In this document: piece after piece, positions 1-11,539 of the stretch
Position numbering within the stretch: position 1 is the first letter of the stretch
Layout: the number at the start of each line of letters is the position of its first letter
NCBI GenBank assembly: GCA_002256025.1
Contig: NKIB01014485.1
Location: 1-43,021, forward strand
Direction of reading: 5' to 3'
Origin: Asterionella formosa
Lineage: Eukaryota
Length of the DNA: 43,021 nucleotides
The notes under the pieces: model-generated
What the model saw: only the letters and a program-made list of their open reading frames with translations
Told to the model about the DNA's origin: nothing
Database searches by the model: none
Program-made: the position numbers and the translations under genes

Positions 1-438
1 ATGACTCCACTATGGCAATTTGGTCATCGACCTATGATCAGATTGAAACAGTTTACAGGGATACAGGCAAAAAATTAGTTGTGGATTCAGCATTTGCATC
101 TAAAAAATCAAATGCAATGTTGAAATCGCATCAAAACAATGTTGATGCAAATGGTAATCCTCGACAAAGATTTGGTATGAATCGCCAAGCCACCTCCATC
201 CGACAGCCGCCAAGCCACCTCCATCCGACAGCTGTCGGAATGGGGAATACGATGCCTTCAGGGATCATTTCCGAGAATCAAAGACAAATTTCGTTATGAA
301 GAAAAAGGTGAGGGAAAATTAATTCTCCAAATGATTGTATTGCTCTACAACTTTCGTGCTAGCAAAGTTGGTCAGAACCAAATTGCTTCAGTGTATATGC
401 CCTATTTGCATAGGAATGCAAATAGATATGCCATGTAA
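1..438 (+). pseudogene. 3' part of a PIF/Harbinger DDE transposase (DDE_Tnp_4-like), frameshifted; 5' part lies outside the window
   Basis: Reads VVDSAF...NRQATSIRQ, then in a shifted frame LSEWGIRCLQGSFPRIKDKF...IVLLYNFRASKVGQNQI, ending at TAA 436-438. A 25-bp tandem duplication (183-207/208-232) causes the frameshift. Confidence 0.85.
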
Positions 439-512
439 TTCAAAGAAATTATTCCTTCATGATTATTTAGCACCACTTCTTTCACATTATATTAGAATGA
501 ATTAATTTAAGG

Positions 513-1731
513 TTATTCATCATCACTACTACTGCTACCATTGTTGTTTTTTGGTGTTTGACATTGAGTTGAGGCAGACAAAGTTTGTTGTGTATTGGCA
601 CCTGCTGTTGAGGTTAGATTTTGGCTTTGCATTGTTTGCTGCATTGAAATCATGTTTGAAGCAATAATTGAATTCATAATTGCCTGAGTGGGATTGGCAC
701 TGTCAGTGGAGGTGGTTGTTTGAGATAACCCATTATTCAACAATGATGCCATGATTGACATCATCATCATGTTCATCATGTTCTGTTGCTGCAGTTGTTG
801 TTGCTGCTGCAGGTTATCAGTATCAATTCGAGTAGCCTTGTGAAGCAACTGTGTCGAAAGAAGAGAAAGCACTTTTTCAACAGGCCCAGTATTGTTTGTC
901 ACTACCTTATCTCTAAATCGAGGGGACACCATAGGTCGAGGAAATCTTGAACCAGAAAAATTAGCATAAGCGGCAGATGTTGCTCCACCATTGTCTTCAC
1001 TCTCCCCAGAAATCGCTATAAAATTATCATCAACATTTGGCTCATCAATATTGGCTGGGCTCATTGGGCTCTCTCTCTATTCCAAGATCAGTGGATTCAA
1101 TCTCAGCACTTGCATCTGCTCGTTGCTCGATTCTTCGAGAAAAAGGTTTGGCATATCTCACCTCAGCAGGGCATGTTGGGTCCCCAGTTGGTTTCTTAAC
1201 TTTGTGCAGCTGTGAAAACTTCCGGCGAAGTGAAGTTCCTGTCCGTTCTTTGTCTGGGAAATTCTCGTTGTGCTGTGATGCAACAACTTCCCATTCATGG
1301 GACCCAATTGGCAGGTGAGTAGAAATGGCTTCCAGCAATGAGAGAATCTCATTGATCCTGAACTGTTGACCCCGACTCTGCATGCTTCGGCGAGCTATTG
1401 GAAACGTTGGTGCTCGCCTGGCAGTTGCCGTTCTTGAAAATGAACTAGTAGGAGCACGTGAAAAATCGTTGTTGTTCCTTGATGGGGACTGAGTAACCCC
1501 AGAAACACCAATCTGAGAAACATCTGGGACACCTATCTTACTGTCCTCATCTTCACTGGCAAACTCATCAGCACCAGTGTCATCTTCATTCTCGTCGTCG
1601 TCCTCCTCCTCTTCTTCTGGTTGAGTCTGTTGTTGTTCTTGTCGCTGGTGACGGCGACGTTCAAGCAGCCTTGGAGAGGAAGGGAAGCCCTCCCTGGCTG
1701 CTCTCCTTTGACCAGGAAAAGATGAAGACAT
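513..1731 (-). pseudogene. Harbinger accessory Myb/SANT-like DNA-binding protein (DUF6818-like), split by a frameshift
   Basis: LLEAISTHLPIGSHEWEVVASQHNENFPDKERTGTSLRRKFSQLHKVKKPTGDPTCPAEVRYAK is a trihelix/Myb-like motif. Convergent with the transposase, as is typical for Harbingers. ORFs 1045-1731 and 513-1064 join if the (CT)5 run at 1069-1078 changes by one unit more or two units fewer. Q/M/N-rich tail. Confidence 0.75.
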
Positions 1732-2085
1732 GGCCGAAATCTAAAAGGGATGACGATCGATTTATTGAGGAGGTTGATTGATATGTAACGATATGCATAT
1801 GTATATGCATACCTAGCTATTTTGGCAAGAGCAAGCCATTTTGAGTATGAGCAAGCAAGTCTTGAAATATTCCGGGAAATTCTATATAGTCATTCATGTC
1901 TAAACATCTTTTTTTTATAATGCACTGTTATTTATAACTGTAAAGAATTTGTGTTTGTGTTGACCAAATTTGGTAAACCTGGTAAGCACCTCAACACAAA
2001 TTTTGGGGTTATGGGTACAACGATTTGTGTTATAATACACATGATATAATTATTTTTTATTCAAAGAGCGCGCCCAGTATGTTAA

Positions 2086-3090
2086 GGGCCGTTCTTATCA
2101 TTCTGTCATTGGTCGTCATTGGTGTATCATGTCCGAAATATGATACAAAAATGGCGGTTTGGTTTTTTTTGTGCATCACCAACGGTTTTTTTGGTCTGAT
2201 CACCGGTGTATCATGGGTGTATCACTGATACAGTTTTTGGACCCCTGACCAATGCTGTATCAGTGATACAGCCGTTGATCACTGTGATCACGTCCGTTGC
2301 TACTGATAAAATAACTGTAGACATGCCAGCGCCAACTATATATTTTATTTTGTGGATGGGAAAATCAACATCAGCAACACAGTGCAACTTAAAAACGCCA
2401 CTGGTGCAATCGATTGATCTAATGGCGTCTATAACACAAATTCAAACCTAACACCACTTTTTGCAAGCACTTTTGTCATATGATAGTATTGTTGTAGTCG
2501 TATTAGCAGTCATTGCTTTAGTCGTTGTTGTAACAAATCAACAGTTCTGTTTGCAATCATGTAAGATGACGAATGAACTTCTACATTATTGATTCGTAAT
2601 TTCTAATGCAATTTTAAAGATATATCTATATTTCCTTTTCTATTGTATCGTTCGTACATTGATATCTTAGACCGCAAAAGCGCAGCGAATCCTTTGCCAT
2701 TTTGATGGAGAAAATGCTGATTATTGACATGGTCAATGTGTTGACGACAACATGTTGACGAGTCTCTCAATACCTGGTACCAGGGGCTAGTAGCATGTAC
2801 CACACAGTCTCCGTAAGATGATATGATATTTGTTATTTTATTCCAGTTGTTATTTTTATTTAAGCTATGCATATGCATATTACAGCTGATATATATCTAG
2901 ATGCTCGTAGCTGGCCTGTCACCGTTGACAATCCTTGTTACTCCATGATACACTGTGATACAAGTTAGTGATACAGTGTCACTTTTGGAATGAATGAATG
3001 AAATTCAGTTCAAATCGAGTAACCGTTCCTGATACATTTTCAAAAAAATTCAAATTCGGTGATACACGAAAAAAATGATAAGAACGGCCC
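2086..3090. mobile_element. Non-autonomous PIF/Harbinger element (Tourist-like MITE), 1005 bp
   Basis: 17-bp TIRs GGGCCGTTCTTATCATT / AATGATAAGAACGGCCC, TAA TSD at 2083-2085 and 3091-3093, many subterminal GTATCA/TGATAC motifs, no meaningful ORF. Confidence 0.92.
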
Positions 3091-3372
3091 TAAAGCTATC
3101 CAATAATCGCACTTTTGTGCCCTCTTGAATGGACACAATTAGTACTGCTTTAACTTGTCTGTACGGAACAATGGGAGGCTCAGGTCAACAACACAAACAC
3201 AATTTTTTGGGTTATGGGTACACATTATATAATGTTCGTTTATTATCAGAGAGCTACCAGTACTGTGCTTGTACATCATTTCAATGCCGTATTTTGGTGA
3301 ACTTTAGTCCGGCAACTTCTCGAAGATTGATGTCTGTGGTGTTCAACGAAGAAAAAAGTGGACGAGGACCCC

Positions 3373-4323
3373 ATGCAAGGTGTAGCTTGCTCTTACTACA
3401 TGCAGAGAAGACCAGATTCGCGAAGTGTACAATGTCTTGTCAACTCTGTCTCTCTTGCAGAAAAACGCGGACCGATATCGTGTCGAAGGTTGAGTAAACA
3501 ACGACGAGGCAAGCATGCGGCATCTGTCGTGGTGACGATTTGGATCCTCGGGTCGGTGATAAGGATGCCATGTGTAACAATGGCTTTGTCACCTCCCCTT
3601 ACCAAGGCCTCACGGAAGATTTCAAACGGATTTCAACAGCGGGTCGCCGCAGACCCATCATTTCCGATGAAGTCCATTAGTGAGCTGTTGTTGGCAGCAG
3701 GAACCCAGCTGACAGCGGAATGGAACCGTCGTGGGGCTCAAGACTTTATGCCAGAGCTGGACTTTGTTGTTGCTGGAGTGATCACAGCCATGCTTGGAAA
3801 GTACTACAGCATGTGGAGAGTGGCACCGACTCAAAAAGCCAGTAGCGCATTGAAGGAAAGTGTCGATGTCACATTTATGGGAGTCCCTGTACCTACGAAC
3901 GCCTTCCAACCAACAATGATTGATGGCAGAACCAGGCCTACCCCAAATCAGCGATTTTTGGCTATTTTTGCGCCAATGCCATCTCTCTTTCGAGCTGGAT
4001 TCCTTGCAAGTGCTATGGGGTATGGCTTTACTGGAGCCATCATCTGGATTCGATCCCTCGTGCTACCAAGTTTTGTCGCCGCGACTAGGAATGTCAATGT
4101 TGTTTATGCAAGTATCTACACAGGGGCGTTCCTAGCGGTTGTGAGCAATCTTCGGTATCAAGTGTTACAAGGAATACTGGAGCCGAAGGTGATTGACAAG
4201 CTTCGACATTACCAAGCAACGCATTCGATCATAACTTTTTTTGTAAGGATGGCCAATGGATTCTTAGGCTCTCTCATTGCAATTGTTGGAATGCGGTATC
4301 TTGGACTTCAGCAACGAAAATAA
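3373..4323 (+). CDS. RETICULATA-related (RER/DUF3411-type) plastid membrane protein
   Basis: RVAADPSFPMKSISELLLAAGTQLTAEWNRRG..F.PELDFV, PTNAFQ and FLAVVSNLRYQVLQG motifs; several hydrophobic segments. Start codon uncertain (first in-frame ATG used). Confidence 0.8.
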   Translation: MQGVACSYYMQRRPDSRSVQCLVNSVSLAEKRGPISCRRLSKQRRGKHAASVVVTIWILGSVIRMPCVTMALSPPLTKASRKISNGFQQRVAADPSFPMKSISELLLAAGTQLTAEWNRRGAQDFMPELDFVVAGVITAMLGKYYSMWRVAPTQKASSALKESVDVTFMGVPVPTNAFQPTMIDGRTRPTPNQRFLAIFAPMPSLFRAGFLASAMGYGFTGAIIWIRSLVLPSFVAATRNVNVVYASIYTGAFLAVVSNLRYQVLQGILEPKVIDKLRHYQATHSIITFFVRMANGFLGSLIAIVGMRYLGLQQRK

Positions 4324-4554
4324 TTGTTGACGAAGAACAGATCGAAATGTAGTAGTTGCATAACATGTATTAGAATTCTACCAGCTAATGACTCTCTGCT
4401 GCTAGTGTCACTCCATGCACTGTTTTCAGCTTATCAAAGTAGTGGCGATTCCTTCGACACCTCAAAACTGAGATCCTTCTTTGGCAGGGAAGTGATATAC
4501 CTTTGAAACAATTACTCTCTCAAGCTAGGATTTGGTTCATGCCACATTTTGGGC

Positions 4555-5846
4555 CTATCGGAGTAGAAGCAATTCCTTCGGTACTTCTAAACCAAGATCC
4601 TCAGTGATTCTTTTTCCATCATCGACAGAGACATATCCTTGAAATTCCCCGTCAATCATGATCCAAGCTTGCTTTCTGTCTTGGCTCCAGCCGATGCCAT
4701 TTCCACATCGTTCGTCATTGCTGCACATGATGGCATCAGTTTCACCGTCTGGCCAGTAATAATAGCCAGGACCATTGCGTACATCGCATCGGTACTGCCC
4801 CTTATACATACCACCTAGCACGTCTTTGTAAGTACCATAACCGCAGCGCTTATTGTCTACCCATGCGCCGCTATAGATATTGCCATCAATATCTTCCAAT
4901 ACACCGTAACCATGCTTCTTTCCCTTTTCGAAGTTCCCTTCATAGCAGTCACCATTGGTGCTATTGAGCTTTCCATGGCCATCGAACTTTCCTTCACGGA
5001 AGAACCCATCATATTTGTTGCCCTGCGCATCGACATAAGTACCCTTTCCGTGCATCTTATCTTGTTTCCACTCTCCATTGTATTTGGAGCCCCGATAATC
5101 AGAGTATATCCCTTTGCCCTCAAAAGAGTCGTTAGCCCAGTTTCCTTCATATCTGAACAAACGCAACATGAGTTGACATGGTCCCAATGAGTAACATGCT
5201 GCTGCAAAACAGTTGAACATACCTATCACCGCTCTTATAGGTGTAGACCCCATATCCGTGGAAAAGGCCATTGACAAAATCGCCGTCGTAAACATCGCTA
5301 AGAATAAAGTGCCGTCATTAGAATGAGAAGTTAGTTCGCTTTTCGACATGAAAGCAGCACTCGTTGCAAATCAACTTACCCATCAGCATAAGTCATTTTC
5401 CCTTTTCCATTCATAGTGTCGGCTTTCCATTGTCCATCGAAGACATCTCTGCAGAAAGGAAGAGCGAACTGAAAGTGAGCTCCTAACATTCAACGCAACA
5501 AACACGAATACGTACGTAGCTATTCCGCTTACCCTTTGGACGAGGAATCAAGATACGTCATAATACCATGCCCTTCTCGTTCTCCAAATGGATTCAATTC
5601 TCCTACATACTCGCCGTCCGCACAAATAGTATTGAAAGGCGACAGCCTCACGTCCCCATTTAGACCAGAGCTGGAGTCATCGGAAGTACTTGCACTGGCG
5701 GCATCAGACAAATCCACCTTGTTTCGCTTTGCTGCTGGTTCGGAGGAAGATTTTTCAGTGGCTCGTGCTTCGGCTGTGCTCTCCATCTCATGCCGTTGTT
5801 GTGGACTTTGATGCTGGGAATTCGTATAATTTGTCGGTGGAGCCAT
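4555..5846 (-). CDS. MORN-repeat protein, 4 exons (5846-5533, 5448-5380, 5297-5223, 5152-4555)
   Basis: Repeated YEG.W..G..HG.G.Y.. units. GT-AG introns (5532-5449, 5379-5298, 5222-5153) join the fragments in frame: ...KGDVFDGQWKADTMNGKGKMTYADGDVYDGDFVNGLFHGYGVYTYKSGDRYEGNW... Confidence 0.88.
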
Positions 5847-6207
5847 GGATGGTTTTGCTTGTTGCTGTGGTTGGATTTTTTTCTTGAGGATCGCGAAGCA
5901 AGCAACGATGAAAATGATTGTGACTTCCTGAGAAAAAAAGCAATGTCATCGTACCGCGTATAATTTTACCTACCGGTATGAATGTGTAAGTGTGTGTATG
6001 CAAGAAAAGATCATTCTTGTTGTTCCTATACAGTACTAAAGGTACCTGGTACTCCGACAACCAGGTATTGTGGTACATTCGACATTTGTTAGCAGCCCTG
6101 TTTCCCCCCGTCAGTGTAATCCGTTGCCGGGAAGCCCACGTTAAGGAATGCGGAGTTTAGTCCTACGTAGTGAAGTCCTATGTACAGCCAGAAAAAGGTG
6201 TTTGTAC

Positions 6208-6305
6208 GCGGTCATTTTGCTTAAACTCAAATTTTCATCTGGGATAAAGATTTAGCTTTCTTTCTTTACCCCAGATGAAAATTTGAGTTTAAGCAAAATG
6301 ACCGC
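6208..6305. repeat. Long inverted repeat/hairpin with 36-bp perfect arms
   Basis: 6208-6243 GCGGTCATTTTGCTTAAACTCAAATTTTCATCTGGG is the exact reverse complement of 6270-6305. Pairing extends 6 more bp after one mismatch. Confidence 0.95.
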
Positions 6306-9090
6306 AACTTCCAGGTACCAGGGTACCTGTCCAAGGTACTTTGCATACATACGTAGTTAGTACCGATATACAATTTGTGTGTGCGCTGAATATCAAATAC
6401 TGATTTTTGTACCCTGGTAGTTACCTAGTACGAACGTATGAACTGCACCTTGTCCTCAATCTGTGCTTTCTAGAGGAAACCACCGATTAATCTACCGGGA
6501 ACGTAGTCGTAAAAAATTAAACTCCCAGTTAAACCCGTAGTGGAAGCTAGCACTAGTAGTTCACTCGTACTCCAGTACTGTGCACAAAGGTAGCGACAAT
6601 ACCGGTACTGGTAGCAGGTACCTGGTACCATTGCTCCTATCGACTGGTATGGTACCGGGGAGTACCAGGGTACCGTAACAGGGTACGTGTATGCGGGGAA
6701 TAGACCATTGTATATATTAGAGTACTTAATATGGAGTCACCACGAGTACATATACTATAGCACTATATTACAGTAAATAGAGGACCAAGTCTATTATTGG
6801 TAGGTGTGTTTATGTCTAATATACATAAACCCGAAATGAAGTGAAAACAATCAATATAAAGCTAATGAAAAATAGTGAAAAAAATAATGTAGCTACAGTA
6901 GTATGAAATCATGCATCTGTGTAATAATAGCCTAAATACATACTAGCTGTGTATGACCACCAGTGTGATGATCAGCAGATATCAATTGATTGGCAATCTA
7001 ATCTGTGGCATTGTTCTATCTGGAATATATACCTCATACATTTTGTCAATTTGCAATGTGGCAGCGAAAAGAACACAGCTCAAAGTAGGGCAGTCATCAT
7101 AGCTATCCCACACACAACGCTTTGCCAACCAACAATACTCCACCATTCTTACTATGTCCTGCTCAACCCTTGTAAAATTTTCAGCAACCTTACAAACCTA
7201 ATTCCAACTTTTTGCATTCCTACCACAGAACAAATAGTTTTTGGTGTAAAAGAAAGACTACAATACTGACAGAATTGCTTCCTCCCTCCTACCTCTTTGA
7301 CACACATCCTGCATCATTTCTGTTGGTTAATCAACTTGTTAATTGTTGAAAACTTCTTCAAACACCACATTTGAGGCATTTCTGGACTCTCAATCATCAT
7401 TCTGCATACTTGTCACTCCTGCTACCACCAATAACTACCGGTAGTAGTAGTCAGGAGTCAACACTCCTTCAAGACGAGAGTCGACTGGCTCATGTCATCC
7501 ACCTTAGTTTCAAAACTAGGCGACATTGCATCTCGATCTGCTGGGAGTACAACCCAAGTACCCGGTATATAGTTCCAAAAACAAACTGGCAGCTCATACT
7601 TTCCTCCTTCACCTGCTGTTGGTGTCCCATCAGTCACACCTTCCTCTCCTTACCGCTGCTGCATACCGAAATACCGAGTACCTGGTACCAGGTACCAATG
7701 GTACCAGTACCTGGTACCAGGTACCGGTACATGAATGAGGATGGGGTTTAATTTGTGTGTACGACCGGTACCAGTTACCAGGTACTACAGTGTAATAGCT
7801 AATTTTATGTACTCGTACAGTGTATATTCCTACGATGATCGTGCGTACAGTTATGGTTTAATTAAACCAAAAAATTAAACCCCCAGTTAAACCGGGTTTA
7901 ATTTTTCTACTGGCAAATACTGTTGTAACACGGTGCTTCCACTACGTAGTATTTTCAGATCAATACCGTGCCAGTATTAAAATGACCCAGTAGACACATA
8001 GCAGAGGCCTACGGGAAAATACAACTTGGGTTTAATTTTACCAATTACGGTACCGGAAATAAAGCGATCATCACCACACGTGATTTTACTTATGATGGAC
8101 ATTTCATTCTCAAAAGTCTTTCCATGACCTGATATTTTTATGTCCCATAGTTTGAGGATCACAACCCCGTTGGGTCTGCATAGAGCAAACTACCGGGGTA
8201 TAAATGTTATTAGATTATCGGACCATCGTTGATTTCGTACACATCCAGCGCTGTACATAAGTGCTCTACCGACACTGACATACTACCTGGTATACTGTAC
8301 CAAGTAGGAGCACTAAGGCAGGTGGTTCATAGGCATTTGCGAGTACAGGGTACCAGGTACCCCTGGTACATGGTGAGGTACAGGAACATCCCCGTATCTG
8401 TGCGACATGAGATAGGCAAAAAACCATTTTCAGCAAATGACCATTAGAGATGTGTGTCACTAGGCTTAATATTAGTCCTAGATGTTTAAAACAAATCATA
8501 TATCTGGATTGTCAGATCCATTGAGCTATCTTTATTTCTACATTAGTAGATCTCGTGTATGTAGTCAACATTTGCTATAAACTTTCAGTTAATTATACCT
8601 TTTTACATAGTTTGATGTAGAGGCAATGCTATCTACCATAGTAGGTCAGATGATTCTGGGGAATGGACAATAAGAATTCTTTGTTCCATAACAGCTTCAC
8701 ATCCCTAGTAATCTTTTACTCTAAACTAGTAGGGTTAAACCAGGGCTGCACTTTTAAGGTTTGCTACTGCGTTTGACTCCCAATTACTGGTGGGCAAAAA
8801 TTAAAATATTGCTTAGGGTTGCCGAATTTCCTTGAAATTGGGAATTTGTAGCCTTTTAATTATCCATAGCCCTAATAGCTTTATCTTGACCATGATTTCG
8901 CTACACAGTTGAGCAGTACTAGGATGCCAGTTGCACACTACAAGCTTAATGTTAGCTCGAATTTCCATTTGATTTTCCATCCTTATTAGCAATGGCTTAA
9001 CCCATCTTACATGTTCTGAATTTATAGTGTGCTTGCAGACGGTAGTAGGTTCCAGTGTCTAATTTAGATCCTTATTGCTTGGCCTGGCTA

Positions 9091-10338
9091 CTATGGTTTA
9101 TGTAATAAGGAAAGGAGGGCCTTCTTTGTGCTATTCTTACATGAATGTCCAGGTGTGCATTGTCCAGATAAATTATCCTCAACAATATTTTTGCCACGAC
9201 TCTGTAAGTACTGATTTGCCTTCACAGAACCCTCTTGGGTGACATGGAAGTCCTTCAAGAGGAGCTCCCAGATGCCTGGGTTGCTGCCAACATCATACTT
9301 TTTATTTGAAGCAAAATGAGCTTCATTTGCAACTATTCCACGCATACCAGCACTTGTCAGTGTTCGCGATCGAATGGCACCCAACATTGGTTCGCTCAAT
9401 TGATGCAAGCACTTGGATCCACCACAACTAGAATTGCTTTGGAGAGCTCCAAGCTTCTGATACAACGACTGGTGGGGAAAGCGAAGGATACGATTTTCAT
9501 TGACACCAACAGAGACTCCTACAGTAAGGCCAGCGGATATGCATACATGAGGTGATTGCCTTGGTAAGAACATGCCATACTCGGGCACACTAAATCCAGC
9601 TGGCAATGGATTCCATTCAAGACGATTCATTGGACACCAGTACATCCAATCTTGCCGAGAGGAGCTGTACACTTTGTCAGTACACCGAAGTCGCGCTTTA
9701 GCCTCTTTCTGGATCACTTCCAAGTAAGAAGTATGCAGCCCATCGTCAGCATCGAGTCTAGTCTCTAGTATAGCCCTACTATTTCTTGACTCGTGAGCAA
9801 TACGCAACCATTTAATGTCCCCAGAGTAAATTTTGGAACTCAGAACGTCGTTCCCCGCCTCCCCGCCTCGCCACCCTCCTGGATGAATCCCAATGCCAAA
9901 GTTAACATTGCTCGCAACGATGTAGATGAATGGATACGGCTTGACCAACGACAACAGTTTTTGTCTAATACCGTCACTTAAATTGGGGTCAACTTTGATG
10001 ATCCAAAGAAATGGTGCAGGGTTTAGACCTAATTGCAGCAATGATTGGTTTGTCATGGAACCCACACAAAAGTTCTCAAACAAGACCAGCCTTGCTCTTG
10101 CCAGTTCAGTCAAATTACCCTGATCTTGCATGAATCGGCTATTGACAATATGAACAAACGGAAATGGCCATTCCTCTCCGTTTGGCTTCCAGGAATGTTC
10201 AGAAACCAAGAATGTTTCGGGCGCGTCATGGTTTTCAAGTATAGAAAGCAGAGTAGTAGACAGCAACACGGACGAAAGACCCACAGAACCAACGATCCAT
10301 ACCAAGAATGAGCCAAACGCAAAATTTCCGTTTCTCAT
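9091..10338 (-). CDS. Putative rhamnosyltransferase-like (GT-A fold) type II membrane protein
   Basis: N-terminal TM anchor; HIVNSRFMQ.Q..L..LARARLVLFENFC..SM.NQS, FLWIIKVDP, and LETRLDADDGLH (DxD). Confidence 0.75.
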   Translation of the reverse strand: MRNGNFAFGSFLVWIVGSVGLSSVLLSTTLLSILENHDAPETFLVSEHSWKPNGEEWPFPFVHIVNSRFMQDQGNLTELARARLVLFENFCVGSMTNQSLLQLGLNPAPFLWIIKVDPNLSDGIRQKLLSLVKPYPFIYIVASNVNFGIGIHPGGWRGGEAGNDVLSSKIYSGDIKWLRIAHESRNSRAILETRLDADDGLHTSYLEVIQKEAKARLRCTDKVYSSSRQDWMYWCPMNRLEWNPLPAGFSVPEYGMFLPRQSPHVCISAGLTVGVSVGVNENRILRFPHQSLYQKLGALQSNSSCGGSKCLHQLSEPMLGAIRSRTLTSAGMRGIVANEAHFASNKKYDVGSNPGIWELLLKDFHVTQEGSVKANQYLQSRGKNIVEDNLSGQCTPGHSCKNSTKKALLSLLHKP

Positions 10339-10756
10339 TCCACTAGGCTCGCAAAAATGAAACTGCAGCTCATTCGGAAAAGTCTGTGTGACTGTATAGT
10401 GTGAATGATGGACCTGTCAGCATCGAGTGTTTCTGTAAATAATGTACCTGTCACCATCGAAGCTTGCAAGGTCGACTTTTGGGTGTGGCGCGATTGAGCG
10501 AACGACCCAACAATTCTGGCCTCAACCTGAGTTGTGCGTGTGGTTGTATTAATATTAAGTAGGCGCGCTACCCTGAATTGCGTATGTAGACTTTGATAGG
10601 TACAATAAGTTCAGCAGAAGGAGTGATATCGAATTTCATGTACCGTACATAAAGTGCGTTGTCATGCCCCCCCCTGAGTGGCAAAGAAGTGGGCGCAGCT
10701 ACGTATGATATCTTATGTTGACTGTGGTCAGAGACAACAATGGAACCTTGTTGTTA

Positions 10757-11336
10757 GGGCCGTTCTTATCATTTTTTTGGTGTATCACGGAATTTGAATT
10801 TTTTTGAAAATGTATCAGCAATGGTAACTCGATTTGAACTGAATTTCATTCATTCCAAAAATGTCACTGTCTCACTAATTTGTGATCACATTGTATCATG
10901 GAGTAACATGGATCTTCAATGGCAACTGGCTGGTGACAATCATGTGTATACTCCTCCAGAATATAATGATGGTCTTGATATCAAGCAGAAACATAAAATA
11001 TTTTGACAGGTAAACTATATATTGTATTAGTAACACACCATTGCATGAATCATGCCGTCGCCATTTGATTTACTTGATGATAATGATGATGGCAGTAGTG
11101 ATCTTGATTTCTTCTTCCTCTGTCATTTAGCTAAGGAAGCAGAGGAAAAAGAACACTCATCCAAACGACAAAGGCGACACTGTAAATGGCAGCTTAAGTC
11201 ATCTGAACGACGACAACAACAAAGGCACAAGTGGCACCACGAAAGAATCTCCTGGCAATCACATGTCAAGAAACTCAATCACGAGATTGCTTTCGAGAAG
11301 ACATACAGAATGTCACACAGAGCATTCAAAATATAG
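10757..11336 (+). mobile_element. Truncated Harbinger copy: left TIR plus transposase N-terminus (ORF 11052-11336)
   Basis: TTA then GGGCCGTTCTTATCATT. The first ~170 bp are an inverted copy of the MITE end 2930-3090. Peptide KWHHERISWQSHVKKLNHEIAFEKTYRMS matches KWEHERMSWHSHVKKLCHEDAFEKTYRMS of the element at 40022. Confidence 0.88.
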
Positions 11337-11539
11337 CCGTACTGTGCGTAGCTATGATGCATCTCAATACATGTAAATATACCTTTAGGTCTACATGCAA
11401 ATACCGGTAGATTACCGATATCTTTTGTTAAATAGTACATCTTCTCCTGTATACAAGCAAGGGCTATACATGTTCAAGACAAAGAATTGAAATTTGAACT
11501 ACTAATGTTTAGTCGTGTGTCAGTCACAACATGAAAAAC

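Noticed and set aside
5223..5297. Apparent frameshift in the MORN gene
   Set aside because: Resolved by a small in-frame exon flanked by GT-AG introns.
7371..8499. Short ORFs sharing VPGT/WYQVP/GTRY peptides (also near 16.1, 17.7, 30.6 and 39.4 kb) suggesting a peptide family
   Set aside because: The peptides are translations of the GGTACC DNA motif in different frames and strands.
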